From Elusimicrobiota bacterium (GTDB lineage: Bacteria; Elusimicrobiota; Elusimicrobia; UBA1565): a DNA stretch of 55,353 nt. Positions within the stretch are counted from its first letter, which is position 1. Each line of letters opens with the position of its first letter. The translations under genes and the position numbers were made by a program. The stretch covers positions 1 through 55,353 of the forward strand of contig JBDRPD010000052.1 in the NCBI GenBank assembly GCA_043827405.1, written 5' to 3'. This document shows, piece after piece, positions 1 through 8,028 of this stretch. The notes under the pieces are model-generated. The model was given only the letters and a program-made list of their open reading frames with translations, did not search any database and had not been told where the DNA came from.

Positions 1-611
1 CAGCCGAACTCCGTCTCCGCCAGCCGCACCATGTAGCCGTAGCCGCAGCCGATATCCAGGAACTTGTCATCCGGCTGGATATCGAGCTCCGTCGCCGCCT
101 GCATGAATTTGCGGTGCTGCGCGTCATCGAGCGTCTCATCGTCGGGCGGCTCGATATGGGAGGGGTCGTTCCACATGGCGCAGGAATAGGCGCGCGTCCG
201 CTGGTCCAGGTAGGAAAGGATGAACTCATTGGGCAAATCGTAATGCGATGATACCGCGACCAGCTTGCGGCGAACCGAAGACGGACAGATCGCCGTCCAG
301 ACATGCCGCAGCCGCCGCAGCAGCCCCACCATCCACAGCCGCTCCAGGGAGAGGTAGTTGCGGGTGCCGACGAAGGCGTAGATATCGCCGTTGAGGTCGA
401 GCTCGCCCTTGACGTAGCGGTCCAGCACCGAGGACAGGTCGCCGCGCGCGAAGTCGCGCGTCACCGCCTCGGTCCGGCAAGCCAGCTCGATGCGCTCCGG
501 CCCCGTGCCGAGCGTGCCGCTGCGGCCGTTGTAGGAGATGCGAACGGTCCACGGCAGATGCGGGAAAAAGTACCGCATCCGGTCCACCGCCTGGTCCAGC
601 ACCCTGGGCAT
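1..611 (-). CDS. cfa: Cyclopropane-fatty-acyl-phospholipid synthase family SAM-dependent methyltransferase (N-terminal part; gene runs off the window)
   Basis: Not in the ORF track. Manual minus-strand translation from ATG at 611: MPRVLDQ...SSHYDLPNEFILSYLDQRTRAYSCAMW...TLDDAQHRKF...FLDIGCGYG. HYDL, YSCA, AQxxK and LDIGCG are Cfa-family motifs. Confidence 0.85.
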   Translation of the reverse strand, partial: MPRVLDQAVDRMRYFFPHLPWTVRISYNGRSGTLGTGPERIELACRTEAVTRDFARGDLSSVLDRYVKGELDLNGDIYAFVGTRNYLSLERLWMVGLLRRLRHVWTAICPSSVRRKLVAVSSHYDLPNEFILSYLDQRTRAYSCAMWNDPSHIEPPDDETLDDAQHRKFMQAATELDIQPDDKFLDIGCGYGYMVRLAETEFG

Positions 612-651
612 GTCCGTAATGTAACAGGACACGAGACAAATTGCAAATCCG

Positions 652-673
652 GGAAAGGTAAAGGAAAGGTAAA
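652..673 (+). repeat. Tandem direct repeat GGAAAGGTAAA x2 just upstream of a -35 box
   Basis: Identical 11-mers at 652-662 and 663-673, followed by GGTCCC then TTGACA. Confidence 0.7.
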
Positions 674-679
674 GGTCCC

Positions 680-708
680 TTGACAGGCTTCTGGAGCCTC
701 TTTAAACT
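680..708 (+). promoter_or_regulatory. Sigma70-type promoter for the small lipoprotein pair
   Basis: TTGACA (680-685), 17 bp spacer, TAAACT (703-708); purine-rich RBS before ATG 738. Confidence 0.75.
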
Positions 709-737
709 TTTAGGGTTCAGGGGGAGGGGAAAGGTTT

Positions 738-1046
738 ATGAAAAATCTTATATTTCCAGTAATTATGGCGTTTTCGCTCGGCATTGGACTGACCGCCTGC
801 GGCGGCGGCGGCTCGGATGCCGAAGAGCAGTATAAGCAGGAAGAGGCCAAGCTGCACGAGGACGAGGCCAAAGTCGACCGGATCAAGGAGCTGCAAAAGA
901 AGGTCGCCGACGAGTCGATCACCGCGGAGGAGCAGACCGAGCTCGACGACCTCTACAAGTGGCTTGAACAGGAAGGGCAGGATCCCAACGCGGCGGAGAA
1001 ATGCCCTGACGGAACTCCGATGCCGGAAGACGGAAAGTGTCCGTAA
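738..1046 (+). CDS. Small lipoprotein, helical, with a C-terminal CPDG...KCP Cys pair
   Basis: Signal peptide with lipobox LTAC then GGGG; charged coiled-coil-like body. Confidence 0.8.
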   Translation: MKNLIFPVIMAFSLGIGLTACGGGGSDAEEQYKQEEAKLHEDEAKVDRIKELQKKVADESITAEEQTELDDLYKWLEQEGQDPNAAEKCPDGTPMPEDGKCP

Positions 1047-1068
1047 CGCGCTGATAAGGATAACCATC

Positions 1069-1290
1069 ATGAATAACTTCAGATGGCTGTTGGTGCCGGT
1101 GCTGTCCGCCGGGTTTATGTTGGGCGCCTGCAGCGACAGCGACTCGGACAGCGAGGCGCGGGAAGCCTTGACGCAGGAGAAGGCCAAGCTCGAGCAGCAG
1201 AAGGCGGAGCTGTGGAAGATGCGCTACGAGCTGGAGAAGGAGAAGAAGGCGGCCGCTCCCGCACAGGAGAAAGCGCAAGAGCCGCAGTAA
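1069..1290 (+). CDS. Small coiled-coil lipoprotein
   Basis: ATG 1069 after AAGGA; MNNFRWLLVPVLSAGFMLGAC lipobox; E/K/Q-rich helix. Confidence 0.8.
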   Translation: MNNFRWLLVPVLSAGFMLGACSDSDSDSEAREALTQEKAKLEQQKAELWKMRYELEKEKKAAAPAQEKAQEPQ

Positions 1291-1309
1291 GCCCTGCTCC
1301 CGACCAGGA

Positions 1310-2185
1310 TTAACGCCTCTCCCGCGTAGTCGCGGGGGGGGCGTTTCCCTGCGCCTTGCGCATCACCGCGCCCATGTCGAGCATGTCCGGATCGATGCCC
1401 AGCATCTCGGCCGCCTTGTCCGCTGACGCGCCGCCGCTCTTCTTCATCTGCTCGCCGCTCTTCTTAAGCTGACCCATGCTGCCGAGGCCGGGCAGCGTGA
1501 GCTTGTCGATCGCCGCCCGCAGTCCGTACTCCTTGGTCATCACCTTGGCCGCCTGCATGACATCGGCGGAGCCCGCCATGGAGGTAAAAAAGGCATGAAC
1601 ATCGGGCTGGTTGATATGCTTCTTCACCACCTGGCCGAAATTCGGCGACTTAAGCGTATCGCGGATGAACTTGATGGTGCTGCCGTCCTTCTCATAGTAG
1701 TCCTTATTGAGTTTCTGCAGATCGGGGTAGGAGAGGAATTCTTTGCGGAATTCTTTAAGCGCTTTGGAGTCCTTGAAGCGCTTTGAGTTCTTGAGCCGGA
1801 AATAAGCGTCTTCCGCCTTTTTAACGATCGACCAAGTAGACCCGCCTCGCCGGCCGCGGGCCAGCTGCGCCCGCGTCCGTGCCAGGCGCAGTTCTACCTC
1901 CCGCAGACGAGCCTCGATCTCGGCGCTCATGGCGGCGCGGCGCTTGCCGGGCGAATCGAGCGCGGAGCCTCGGTCCCAGCCGGCGGCTTGCTGGGCCGCG
2001 ATGCGCGACTGCAGCTCAGCGCTGGAACGCGTATCGTCGAAAACGGAAGAACTCTCGGCCTGGGAGGATGACGGTGCGGATCCCGGCCGGGGGCCGAAAA
2101 CGAACAGCGCCGCCAGGACGCCGGAGAATACGACAAAGAGCATGCCGCCGACAACGAAAACACGACCGCGATCTTCATCAGCCAT
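1310..2185 (-). CDS. Single-TM membrane-anchored hypothetical protein (paralog of 45218-46087)
   Basis: N-terminal hydrophobic helix VFVVGGMLFVVFSGVLAALFVF, linker, then helical domain EFxxxP...N..Y..KD...KH...P.V shared with the 45218-46087 product. Start placed at ATG 2185. Confidence 0.75.
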   Translation of the reverse strand: MADEDRGRVFVVGGMLFVVFSGVLAALFVFGPRPGSAPSSSQAESSSVFDDTRSSAELQSRIAAQQAAGWDRGSALDSPGKRRAAMSAEIEARLREVELRLARTRAQLARGRRGGSTWSIVKKAEDAYFRLKNSKRFKDSKALKEFRKEFLSYPDLQKLNKDYYEKDGSTIKFIRDTLKSPNFGQVVKKHINQPDVHAFFTSMAGSADVMQAAKVMTKEYGLRAAIDKLTLPGLGSMGQLKKSGEQMKKSGGASADKAAEMLGIDPDMLDMGAVMRKAQGNAPPATTRERR

Positions 2186-2245
2186 CCCTTGAAATGTATC
2201 AGGAGAAACCCCTAAATGCAAGGTGTTTTGCTAGAATAAGCCCTC

Positions 2246-3106
2246 ATGCGGACAAGGATTTGCCTGTTTGTTTCAGCCGTTTTTCTATGCGGGGCCTGCG
2301 TGCCGCGCGCGGTGACGGTACGCGCCACCGCGGGGCTGCTCGAAAACGGAGTATCCGCCGTTTACGGAGAGCGCGATCCGCAGTTCGCCCGGGACGCCAT
2401 GCCGGGACAGCTCATGCTGACCGAAGTCCTGCTCAAGAACGATCCCGAAAACACCGACCTGCTGAAATCTCTGGCCGAGGGCTATTTCGGATATGCCTTC
2501 CTGTTCCTGGAAGAGGAAGAGCCGGAACGGGCGGCGGAATTCTACCGCCGCGCCGCGGATTACGGCGAGCGGGTGCTCCGCCGGCAGGGTCTCGCGGGAC
2601 TGGCGAGCGCCAGCCCGAAGAAGCGCGATAGCATCCTGGCGCGCGCCCGAGGCGCCGACGTACCGGCGCTCTACTGGACGGCCTCGGCGTGGGCCGGCAT
2701 CGCCAATATTAGGAAGAACGATACGCAGGCGCTCACCTTTGTTCCGCTCGCCGCGGCGATGATGCGCCGCGTACTGGACATGAATCCCGCCTATCAGCAC
2801 GGAGGTGCGGACATATTTTTCGGCGTCTACTACTCCGGGCGCCCGCGCCTCGCCGGCGGCGATCCGGACAAAGGCAAAGCGCATTTCGAGGCCGCGCTGC
2901 GCCGGACCGGACGGCACTATCTGATGGCGCAGTACCTGTACGCGAAGTTCTACAGCGTCGCCGTGATGGGAGAGGAGCAGTTCAAAGCGCTGCTCGCGGA
3001 GATCGCGGACGCGCCCCGCGAAGCCATGCCGGCGGCGGCGCTGCCCAACGCGGTGGCCCAATCCAAAGCGAAGAAACTTTTAGCGAGGTTCGATGATCTT
3101 TTCTAG
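2246..3106 (+). CDS. tatT: TRAP transporter T-component (TatT family) lipoprotein
   Basis: Lipobox LCGAC; helical TPR-like body with YWTASAW and GGDPDKGKAHF segments; directly precedes dctPQM. Confidence 0.8.
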   Translation: MRTRICLFVSAVFLCGACVPRAVTVRATAGLLENGVSAVYGERDPQFARDAMPGQLMLTEVLLKNDPENTDLLKSLAEGYFGYAFLFLEEEEPERAAEFYRRAADYGERVLRRQGLAGLASASPKKRDSILARARGADVPALYWTASAWAGIANIRKNDTQALTFVPLAAAMMRRVLDMNPAYQHGGADIFFGVYYSGRPRLAGGDPDKGKAHFEAALRRTGRHYLMAQYLYAKFYSVAVMGEEQFKALLAEIADAPREAMPAAALPNAVAQSKAKKLLARFDDLF

Positions 3107-4118
3107 CAAGCACGCTTTCGCGTTCGCCGCCGGTCTGCTGCTGTGGGCGACGTCCGCCGGCGCCGCGCAAATCAAGTTCGCGACCATGGCGCCCGAAGGG
3201 ACCGACGCCATGCAGGTCCTGCGCGAGATCGACGCCGAGGTGCAGAAAGAGACCGGCGGCAAGCTCAAGTTCAAGTTCTACTCCGGCGGCCGGCAGGGCG
3301 AGGAGAAGGACGTGGTACGCAAGATCCGCTTCGGCCAGCTGCACGCCGGAGGCTTCACCGGCGTCGGCCTGGGCGAGATCGCCCCCGAGGTGCGCATCCT
3401 CGACGCGCCGTGGCTGCTGCGCGATCACGAGGAAGTCGACCACATCTACGACAAGTTTTCCCAGTACTTCGAAGAGGCGTTTCGCGCCAAGGACTACATC
3501 CTGCTCGGCTGGACCGAAGTCGGCTTCATCCATGTCTTCTCCAACACCCCCGTGCGCTCGGCGCAGGATATGAAGAAGCTCAAGATCTGGGTATGGGAAG
3601 GCGACCCGATAGCCGAAGCGGCGTTTAAGGTCATGGGCGTCCATCCGATACCGCTCGCCGTCGCCGACGTGAACACTTCGCTGGAAACGGGCCTTATCGA
3701 CGCGGTCTACGCGGCGCCGTACTATGCCATCGCCCTGCAATGGCATGAAAAAACGAAGTATGTCTACTCCGTGACCATGGCGAACGCTTCCGGAGCCGTC
3801 CTGCTGTCGAAGAAGTTCTTTGACCGCCTGCCCAAAGACCAGCAGGATATCCTGCAGCGGGTATCCAAGAAACACCTGCAGCGGCTCAATCACAAAATCC
3901 GCGAGCAGAACACCACGGCCCTTGTCACGCTCAAAAAGCAGGGGCTTAAGGTAACCGAGCCGGCGACGCCCAAAGAGCTCAAGGCCTATGAAGAGGCCGG
4001 CCGCGAGGCCCGCCGCACCTTGGTCGGCCGGCTGTACAGCCAGGATATCCTAGACCTCGTCGAGAACGCCCTGCAGGACTTCCGCGCGCGCCGCGCCGCC
4101 AAGAAAGCCAAGAAGTAG
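3093..4118 (+). CDS. dctP: TRAP transporter substrate-binding protein
   Basis: Signal peptide; KFATMAPEGT, TGGKLKFKFYSGG, SLETGLIDA motifs. Confidence 0.9.
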   Translation: MIFSSKHAFAFAAGLLLWATSAGAAQIKFATMAPEGTDAMQVLREIDAEVQKETGGKLKFKFYSGGRQGEEKDVVRKIRFGQLHAGGFTGVGLGEIAPEVRILDAPWLLRDHEEVDHIYDKFSQYFEEAFRAKDYILLGWTEVGFIHVFSNTPVRSAQDMKKLKIWVWEGDPIAEAAFKVMGVHPIPLAVADVNTSLETGLIDAVYAAPYYAIALQWHEKTKYVYSVTMANASGAVLLSKKFFDRLPKDQQDILQRVSKKHLQRLNHKIREQNTTALVTLKKQGLKVTEPATPKELKAYEEAGREARRTLVGRLYSQDILDLVENALQDFRARRAAKKAKK

Positions 4119-4120
4119 CC

Positions 4121-4621
4121 GTGGAAACGCTGCGCGCCATCGAACGCCGGCTGCTGCAGGCTGAGAAGTATATTCTCATCGCGTTCCTGCTGGTAATGGT
4201 ATCGCTGAGCTTCGTGCAGGTAGTCCTGCGCGGTCTGTTTTCCGGCGGCTTCCTGTGGGCGGATACCTTCCTGCGCCATCTTGTCCTGTGGGTCGGATTT
4301 TTCGGCGCCGCTGTGGCCGCGGGGGAAAACAAGCAGTTCGCCATGGACGCCGCAGCCCGGGCGCTGCAAGGGCGGATGAAAGCCGCCTGCGAGATCGTCG
4401 CCTATCTTTTTACCACCATCGTCTGCGGCTTCCTGACCAGGGCCAGTTGGGCCTTCCTGATTGAAGAGCGGGCGACGGGCGGCGTCCTGTTTTCCATCGG
4501 CGCGAGCCTGCAGGTCCCGAGCTGGTACTTCGAGATCATCCTGCCGGTCGGCTTCGCCCTGCTCCTGGTCCACTACGCGCTCAAGATCATTATCGCCATA
4601 CCGCGCCTGAGGAAGCCGTGA
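4121..4621 (+). CDS. dctQ: TRAP transporter small permease
   Basis: Four TM helices; QVVLRG and LVLWVGFFGA motifs; between dctP and dctM. Confidence 0.88.
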   Translation: METLRAIERRLLQAEKYILIAFLLVMVSLSFVQVVLRGLFSGGFLWADTFLRHLVLWVGFFGAAVAAGENKQFAMDAAARALQGRMKAACEIVAYLFTTIVCGFLTRASWAFLIEERATGGVLFSIGASLQVPSWYFEIILPVGFALLLVHYALKIIIAIPRLRKP

Positions 4622-5880
4622 GCGGACTGCTCGTCGTGCTCGCCGTCCTGGTCCTCGCCGCGCTGGGCACCCCCATCTTCGCCCTGTTGGGCGCGCTGGG
4701 GCTGGGGCTGTTTCACGCCGCCGGCATCAACCTGGCGGTCGTCATCATTGAATTCTTCCGGCTGGCCAGCCTGCCGGCGCTGATCGCTATCCCGCTGTTC
4801 ACCTTCGCCGGCTTTCTCCTCGCGGAATCCAAGGCGCCCCAGCGCCTGCTGGCGCTGGCCGAGTCGCTGATCGGCTGGCTGCCCGGCGGGCTCGCCATCG
4901 TCGCGCTGCTGAGCGCGGCGCTGTTCACCGCCTTCACCGGCGCCTCCGGCGTCACCATCATCGCTCTCGGAGGCCTGCTGTTCCCGATGCTGCAGCGGCA
5001 GCGCTACCCGGAGTCTTTTTCCCTCGGCCTGATCACCTGCACCGGCAGCCTGGGGCTGATGTTTCCGCCGTCCTTGCCTATCATCCTCTACGGGCTGGTC
5101 GCCGGCGTGTCGATCGACGACCTGTTCACCGCGGGCGCCCTCCCCGGCATCATCCTCATCGTGCTGCTTTCGCTCTACAGCGCCTATATCGGCTGGCGCT
5201 CGGGACTCAAGAGCATACCGTTCTCCGCCGCCGCCGCAGTCAAAGCCGCCCGCGCCTGCGTCTGGGAGATCCCGCTGCCCTTTCTCATCATCGGCGGCAT
5301 CTACGGAGGCGTCTTCACCGCGACCGACGCCGCCGCCGTGATGGCCTTTTACGTGCTGGTAGTGGAGATCTTCATCTACCGGGACATCCGTATCGGCGAA
5401 CTGCCGCGCATTGTCTACGACAGCATGGCTTTGGTCGGCTCGATCATGATCGTGCTCGGCTGCGCTCTTGGGCTCACGAACTACATGATCGACGCCGAGG
5501 TGCCGGAGCGCATCTTCCAGTTGCTCAGCCTGTACATCCAGTCCAAGGCCTTCTTCCTCATCGTGCTCAACTGCATGCTGCTTATCATCAATATGGTGGA
5601 GATATTCTCGGCCATCATTATCGTCGTTCCGATCATCATCCCGATCGCCGCGCAGTATGCGATCGACCCGATCCACCTCGGCATCATTTTCCTGCTGAAC
5701 CTTGAAATCGGCTACATGACGCCGCCGCTGGGCCTCAATCTGTTCCTGTCGAACCGCCGCTTCGACGTGCCGCTGTTCAAGCTCTATAAAGCGACCTTCG
5801 TATTCTGGGCCATCCACGTTCTGATGCTCGTGCTGGTGACGTATTGGCCGAGCCTCAGCCTCTGCCTGCTCAATAAATAA
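4618..5880 (+). CDS. dctM: TRAP transporter large permease
   Basis: AIPLFTFAG, GSLGLMFPPS, EIGYMTPPLGLNLF motifs; polytopic. Confidence 0.92.
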   Translation: MSGLLVVLAVLVLAALGTPIFALLGALGLGLFHAAGINLAVVIIEFFRLASLPALIAIPLFTFAGFLLAESKAPQRLLALAESLIGWLPGGLAIVALLSAALFTAFTGASGVTIIALGGLLFPMLQRQRYPESFSLGLITCTGSLGLMFPPSLPIILYGLVAGVSIDDLFTAGALPGIILIVLLSLYSAYIGWRSGLKSIPFSAAAAVKAARACVWEIPLPFLIIGGIYGGVFTATDAAAVMAFYVLVVEIFIYRDIRIGELPRIVYDSMALVGSIMIVLGCALGLTNYMIDAEVPERIFQLLSLYIQSKAFFLIVLNCMLLIINMVEIFSAIIIVVPIIIPIAAQYAIDPIHLGIIFLLNLEIGYMTPPLGLNLFLSNRRFDVPLFKLYKATFVFWAIHVLMLVLVTYWPSLSLCLLNK

Positions 5881-5896
5881 TTGGGATAATAACACC

Positions 5897-6811
5897 ATGA
5901 AATCGAAAAATTTTTCCGCCGCGAAAATCAACAAAATGCTCAAGCGGGTCATGGCCTCGCCGACCTATGAGAAGGCGTACAAGGACCTGAGCTTCATGCA
6001 GATCGAGGAACTGCGCCCCATCCGCCTGCAGCTTGAGCTGCTCAAGCCGGAGATGGCGCTGACGGCCCATGACATCCGCTCGACCATAGTGGTATTCGGC
6101 AGCGCGCGCCTCAACCCGCCGGATGTTATGCGGAAAAAAGTCGCCGCCGCCCGCCGCCGGCTGCAGGCCCGCCCGCGCAGCCGCGAGCTTCAAGAGCAGC
6201 TGCACACCGCGGAGCAAATGCAAAAGAATTCGCACTACTACGAGGAGGCGCGCCGCTTCGCGGCTATCGCCACCCGGGCGTCGCAGGCGGACAAAAAGCG
6301 GGACTTCGTTATCGTGACCGGCGGCGGTCCCGGCATCATGGAGGCCGCCAACCGCGGCGCCTTCGACGCCGGCGGCAAAAGCATCGGTCTTAATATCACC
6401 CTGCCGCACGAACAGACCCCCAATCCCTACATGACGCCGGAACTCAGCTTCTGCTTCCACTACTTCGCGATCCGCAAGATGCACTTCATGATGCGGGCCA
6501 AAGCGATGGTCGCCTTCCCCGGCGGCTTCGGGACGTTCGACGAGCTGTTCGAAACCCTGACTCTGGTGCAGACCAGCAAGAAAAGTGATTTCCCGATCAT
6601 CCTGTTCGGCCGGGAGTTCTGGACCAAGGCCGTAAACCTCGAATTTCTGGCTGAGCAGGGCGTCATTTCGCGCCGGGATCTTAAGCTCTTCCGGATTGTG
6701 GAGACCGCCGAGGAAGCCTGGCAGTCCATCCGCATGTACTGGAAAAAACACGGCACCCAGCTGGCAAAAAGAAGAAGGACGCTCATCGCCGATCACCTGG
6801 ATGACGCCTAA
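5897..6811 (+). CDS. LOG family (TIGR00730-like) nucleotide phosphoribohydrolase
   Basis: VFGSAR, TGGGPGIMEAANRGA, PGGFGTFDELFE motifs. Confidence 0.88.
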   Translation: MKSKNFSAAKINKMLKRVMASPTYEKAYKDLSFMQIEELRPIRLQLELLKPEMALTAHDIRSTIVVFGSARLNPPDVMRKKVAAARRRLQARPRSRELQEQLHTAEQMQKNSHYYEEARRFAAIATRASQADKKRDFVIVTGGGPGIMEAANRGAFDAGGKSIGLNITLPHEQTPNPYMTPELSFCFHYFAIRKMHFMMRAKAMVAFPGGFGTFDELFETLTLVQTSKKSDFPIILFGREFWTKAVNLEFLAEQGVISRRDLKLFRIVETAEEAWQSIRMYWKKHGTQLAKRRRTLIADHLDDA

Positions 6812-8006
6812 CGCCGCCGCCGTCCTGCTCTTATGCGCCGCGCTGCCGGTATGCGCGCAGCAGCATACGCGCAATCTGAGCGTCGCCGCCGGCGACCCGA
6901 TACTGGAAAAGGGACTGCAGGCTCTCTATAACCTGGAGTACGATGTCGCCCGCCGCAGCGGCGAGGAGTTTGTGCGCAAGCACCCGGACAACCCCATCGG
7001 CCACCTCTATATGGCCGGCATCCTCTGGTGGCAGGCGACGACCGAACTGGCCGGCGGTAATCCCGACCCGGCGCTGGTGCAGGTCTTCCACCAAAGCGTA
7101 TCCGAGACCGTCGATATTTCAAAACTGCTGTTTAAAGCCGATGACATCGCCCTGCGCTCGGACGGCTACTTCTCCGCCGGCATGGCGCTCGGACTGCAGG
7201 GACAGATGCGCCTTGCCGAAGGGCAGTATGTAGGAGCCTACCGCAGCGGTAAAAAAGCCATAAAATATCTTAAAAAATGCGTTAAATCGGATCCCCGCTA
7301 CTACGACGCCTACCTCGGCCTCGGCGTCTTCGATTATCAAGTCGCCGTCCTGCCCGGCGCCATTAAGCTCGGCGCGCGAATGCTGCTGCGCGGAACGGGC
7401 AATGCCCAGCGCGGTCTGGAACGCATCCAGCTGACGGTCAACAAGGGCAGCTTTTCTTCGCGTCAAGCCGCGGGCTTTCTGCTGACCATCTACGTCCTCA
7501 ATGAAAAAGACTATGCCAAGGCGCTGACGCTCACCGAAAGTCTGCGCCGGGACTTCCCGCTGAGCCCTTATTTCAGGTTCATCGAGAGCATGCTCCTGCA
7601 CCGGCTGGGAAGAGACACGGAATCCTACCGCAAGGCCTATGAGCTGTTCAGCGCCCTGCGGACCGATAGCGCCTCTTTCGGCCGCAAGCAGGTGGGAACG
7701 CTGTGCGGCCTTTACGGCGCGGCCTGCCTGGAGCGGGAGAACCTGGAGATATCTCTCACCTGGCTGACCATGGCGGTTCTCGCCGCCGAGCGGGACGCCG
7801 CGGACAAGGGCTGGACGGCCTATCTCGTTTTCTACCGCGGCATGGTCAATGACCTGCTCGACCGCCGCGAAGCGGCGTTGACCGACTACCGGCGCGCGCT
7901 CAAGCTGCCGGACTTTCACGGTACGCAGCGCTGGGCCGCGCAGCGGCTGAAAACGCCCTGCCAGCCGCGCGACGCCGCGCGCTTCATGCGCGGCGAATCT
8001 CTGTAG
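6801..8006 (+). CDS. Exported tetratricopeptide-repeat protein
   Basis: ATG 6801 overlapping the upstream stop; signal peptide; TPR-like helices (DAYLGLG, YRGMVNDLLDRREAALTDYRRAL). Confidence 0.75.
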   Translation: MTPNAAAVLLLCAALPVCAQQHTRNLSVAAGDPILEKGLQALYNLEYDVARRSGEEFVRKHPDNPIGHLYMAGILWWQATTELAGGNPDPALVQVFHQSVSETVDISKLLFKADDIALRSDGYFSAGMALGLQGQMRLAEGQYVGAYRSGKKAIKYLKKCVKSDPRYYDAYLGLGVFDYQVAVLPGAIKLGARMLLRGTGNAQRGLERIQLTVNKGSFSSRQAAGFLLTIYVLNEKDYAKALTLTESLRRDFPLSPYFRFIESMLLHRLGRDTESYRKAYELFSALRTDSASFGRKQVGTLCGLYGAACLERENLEISLTWLTMAVLAAERDAADKGWTAYLVFYRGMVNDLLDRREAALTDYRRALKLPDFHGTQRWAAQRLKTPCQPRDAARFMRGESL

Positions 8007-8028
8007 ACTTCCTGGAGCGGGGGGCTTT

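Noticed and set aside
226..683. ORF-track calls 226-639, 303-683 and 461-646
   Set aside because: The real gene is the cfa-like frame starting at 611, missed by the track because its stop lies outside the window.
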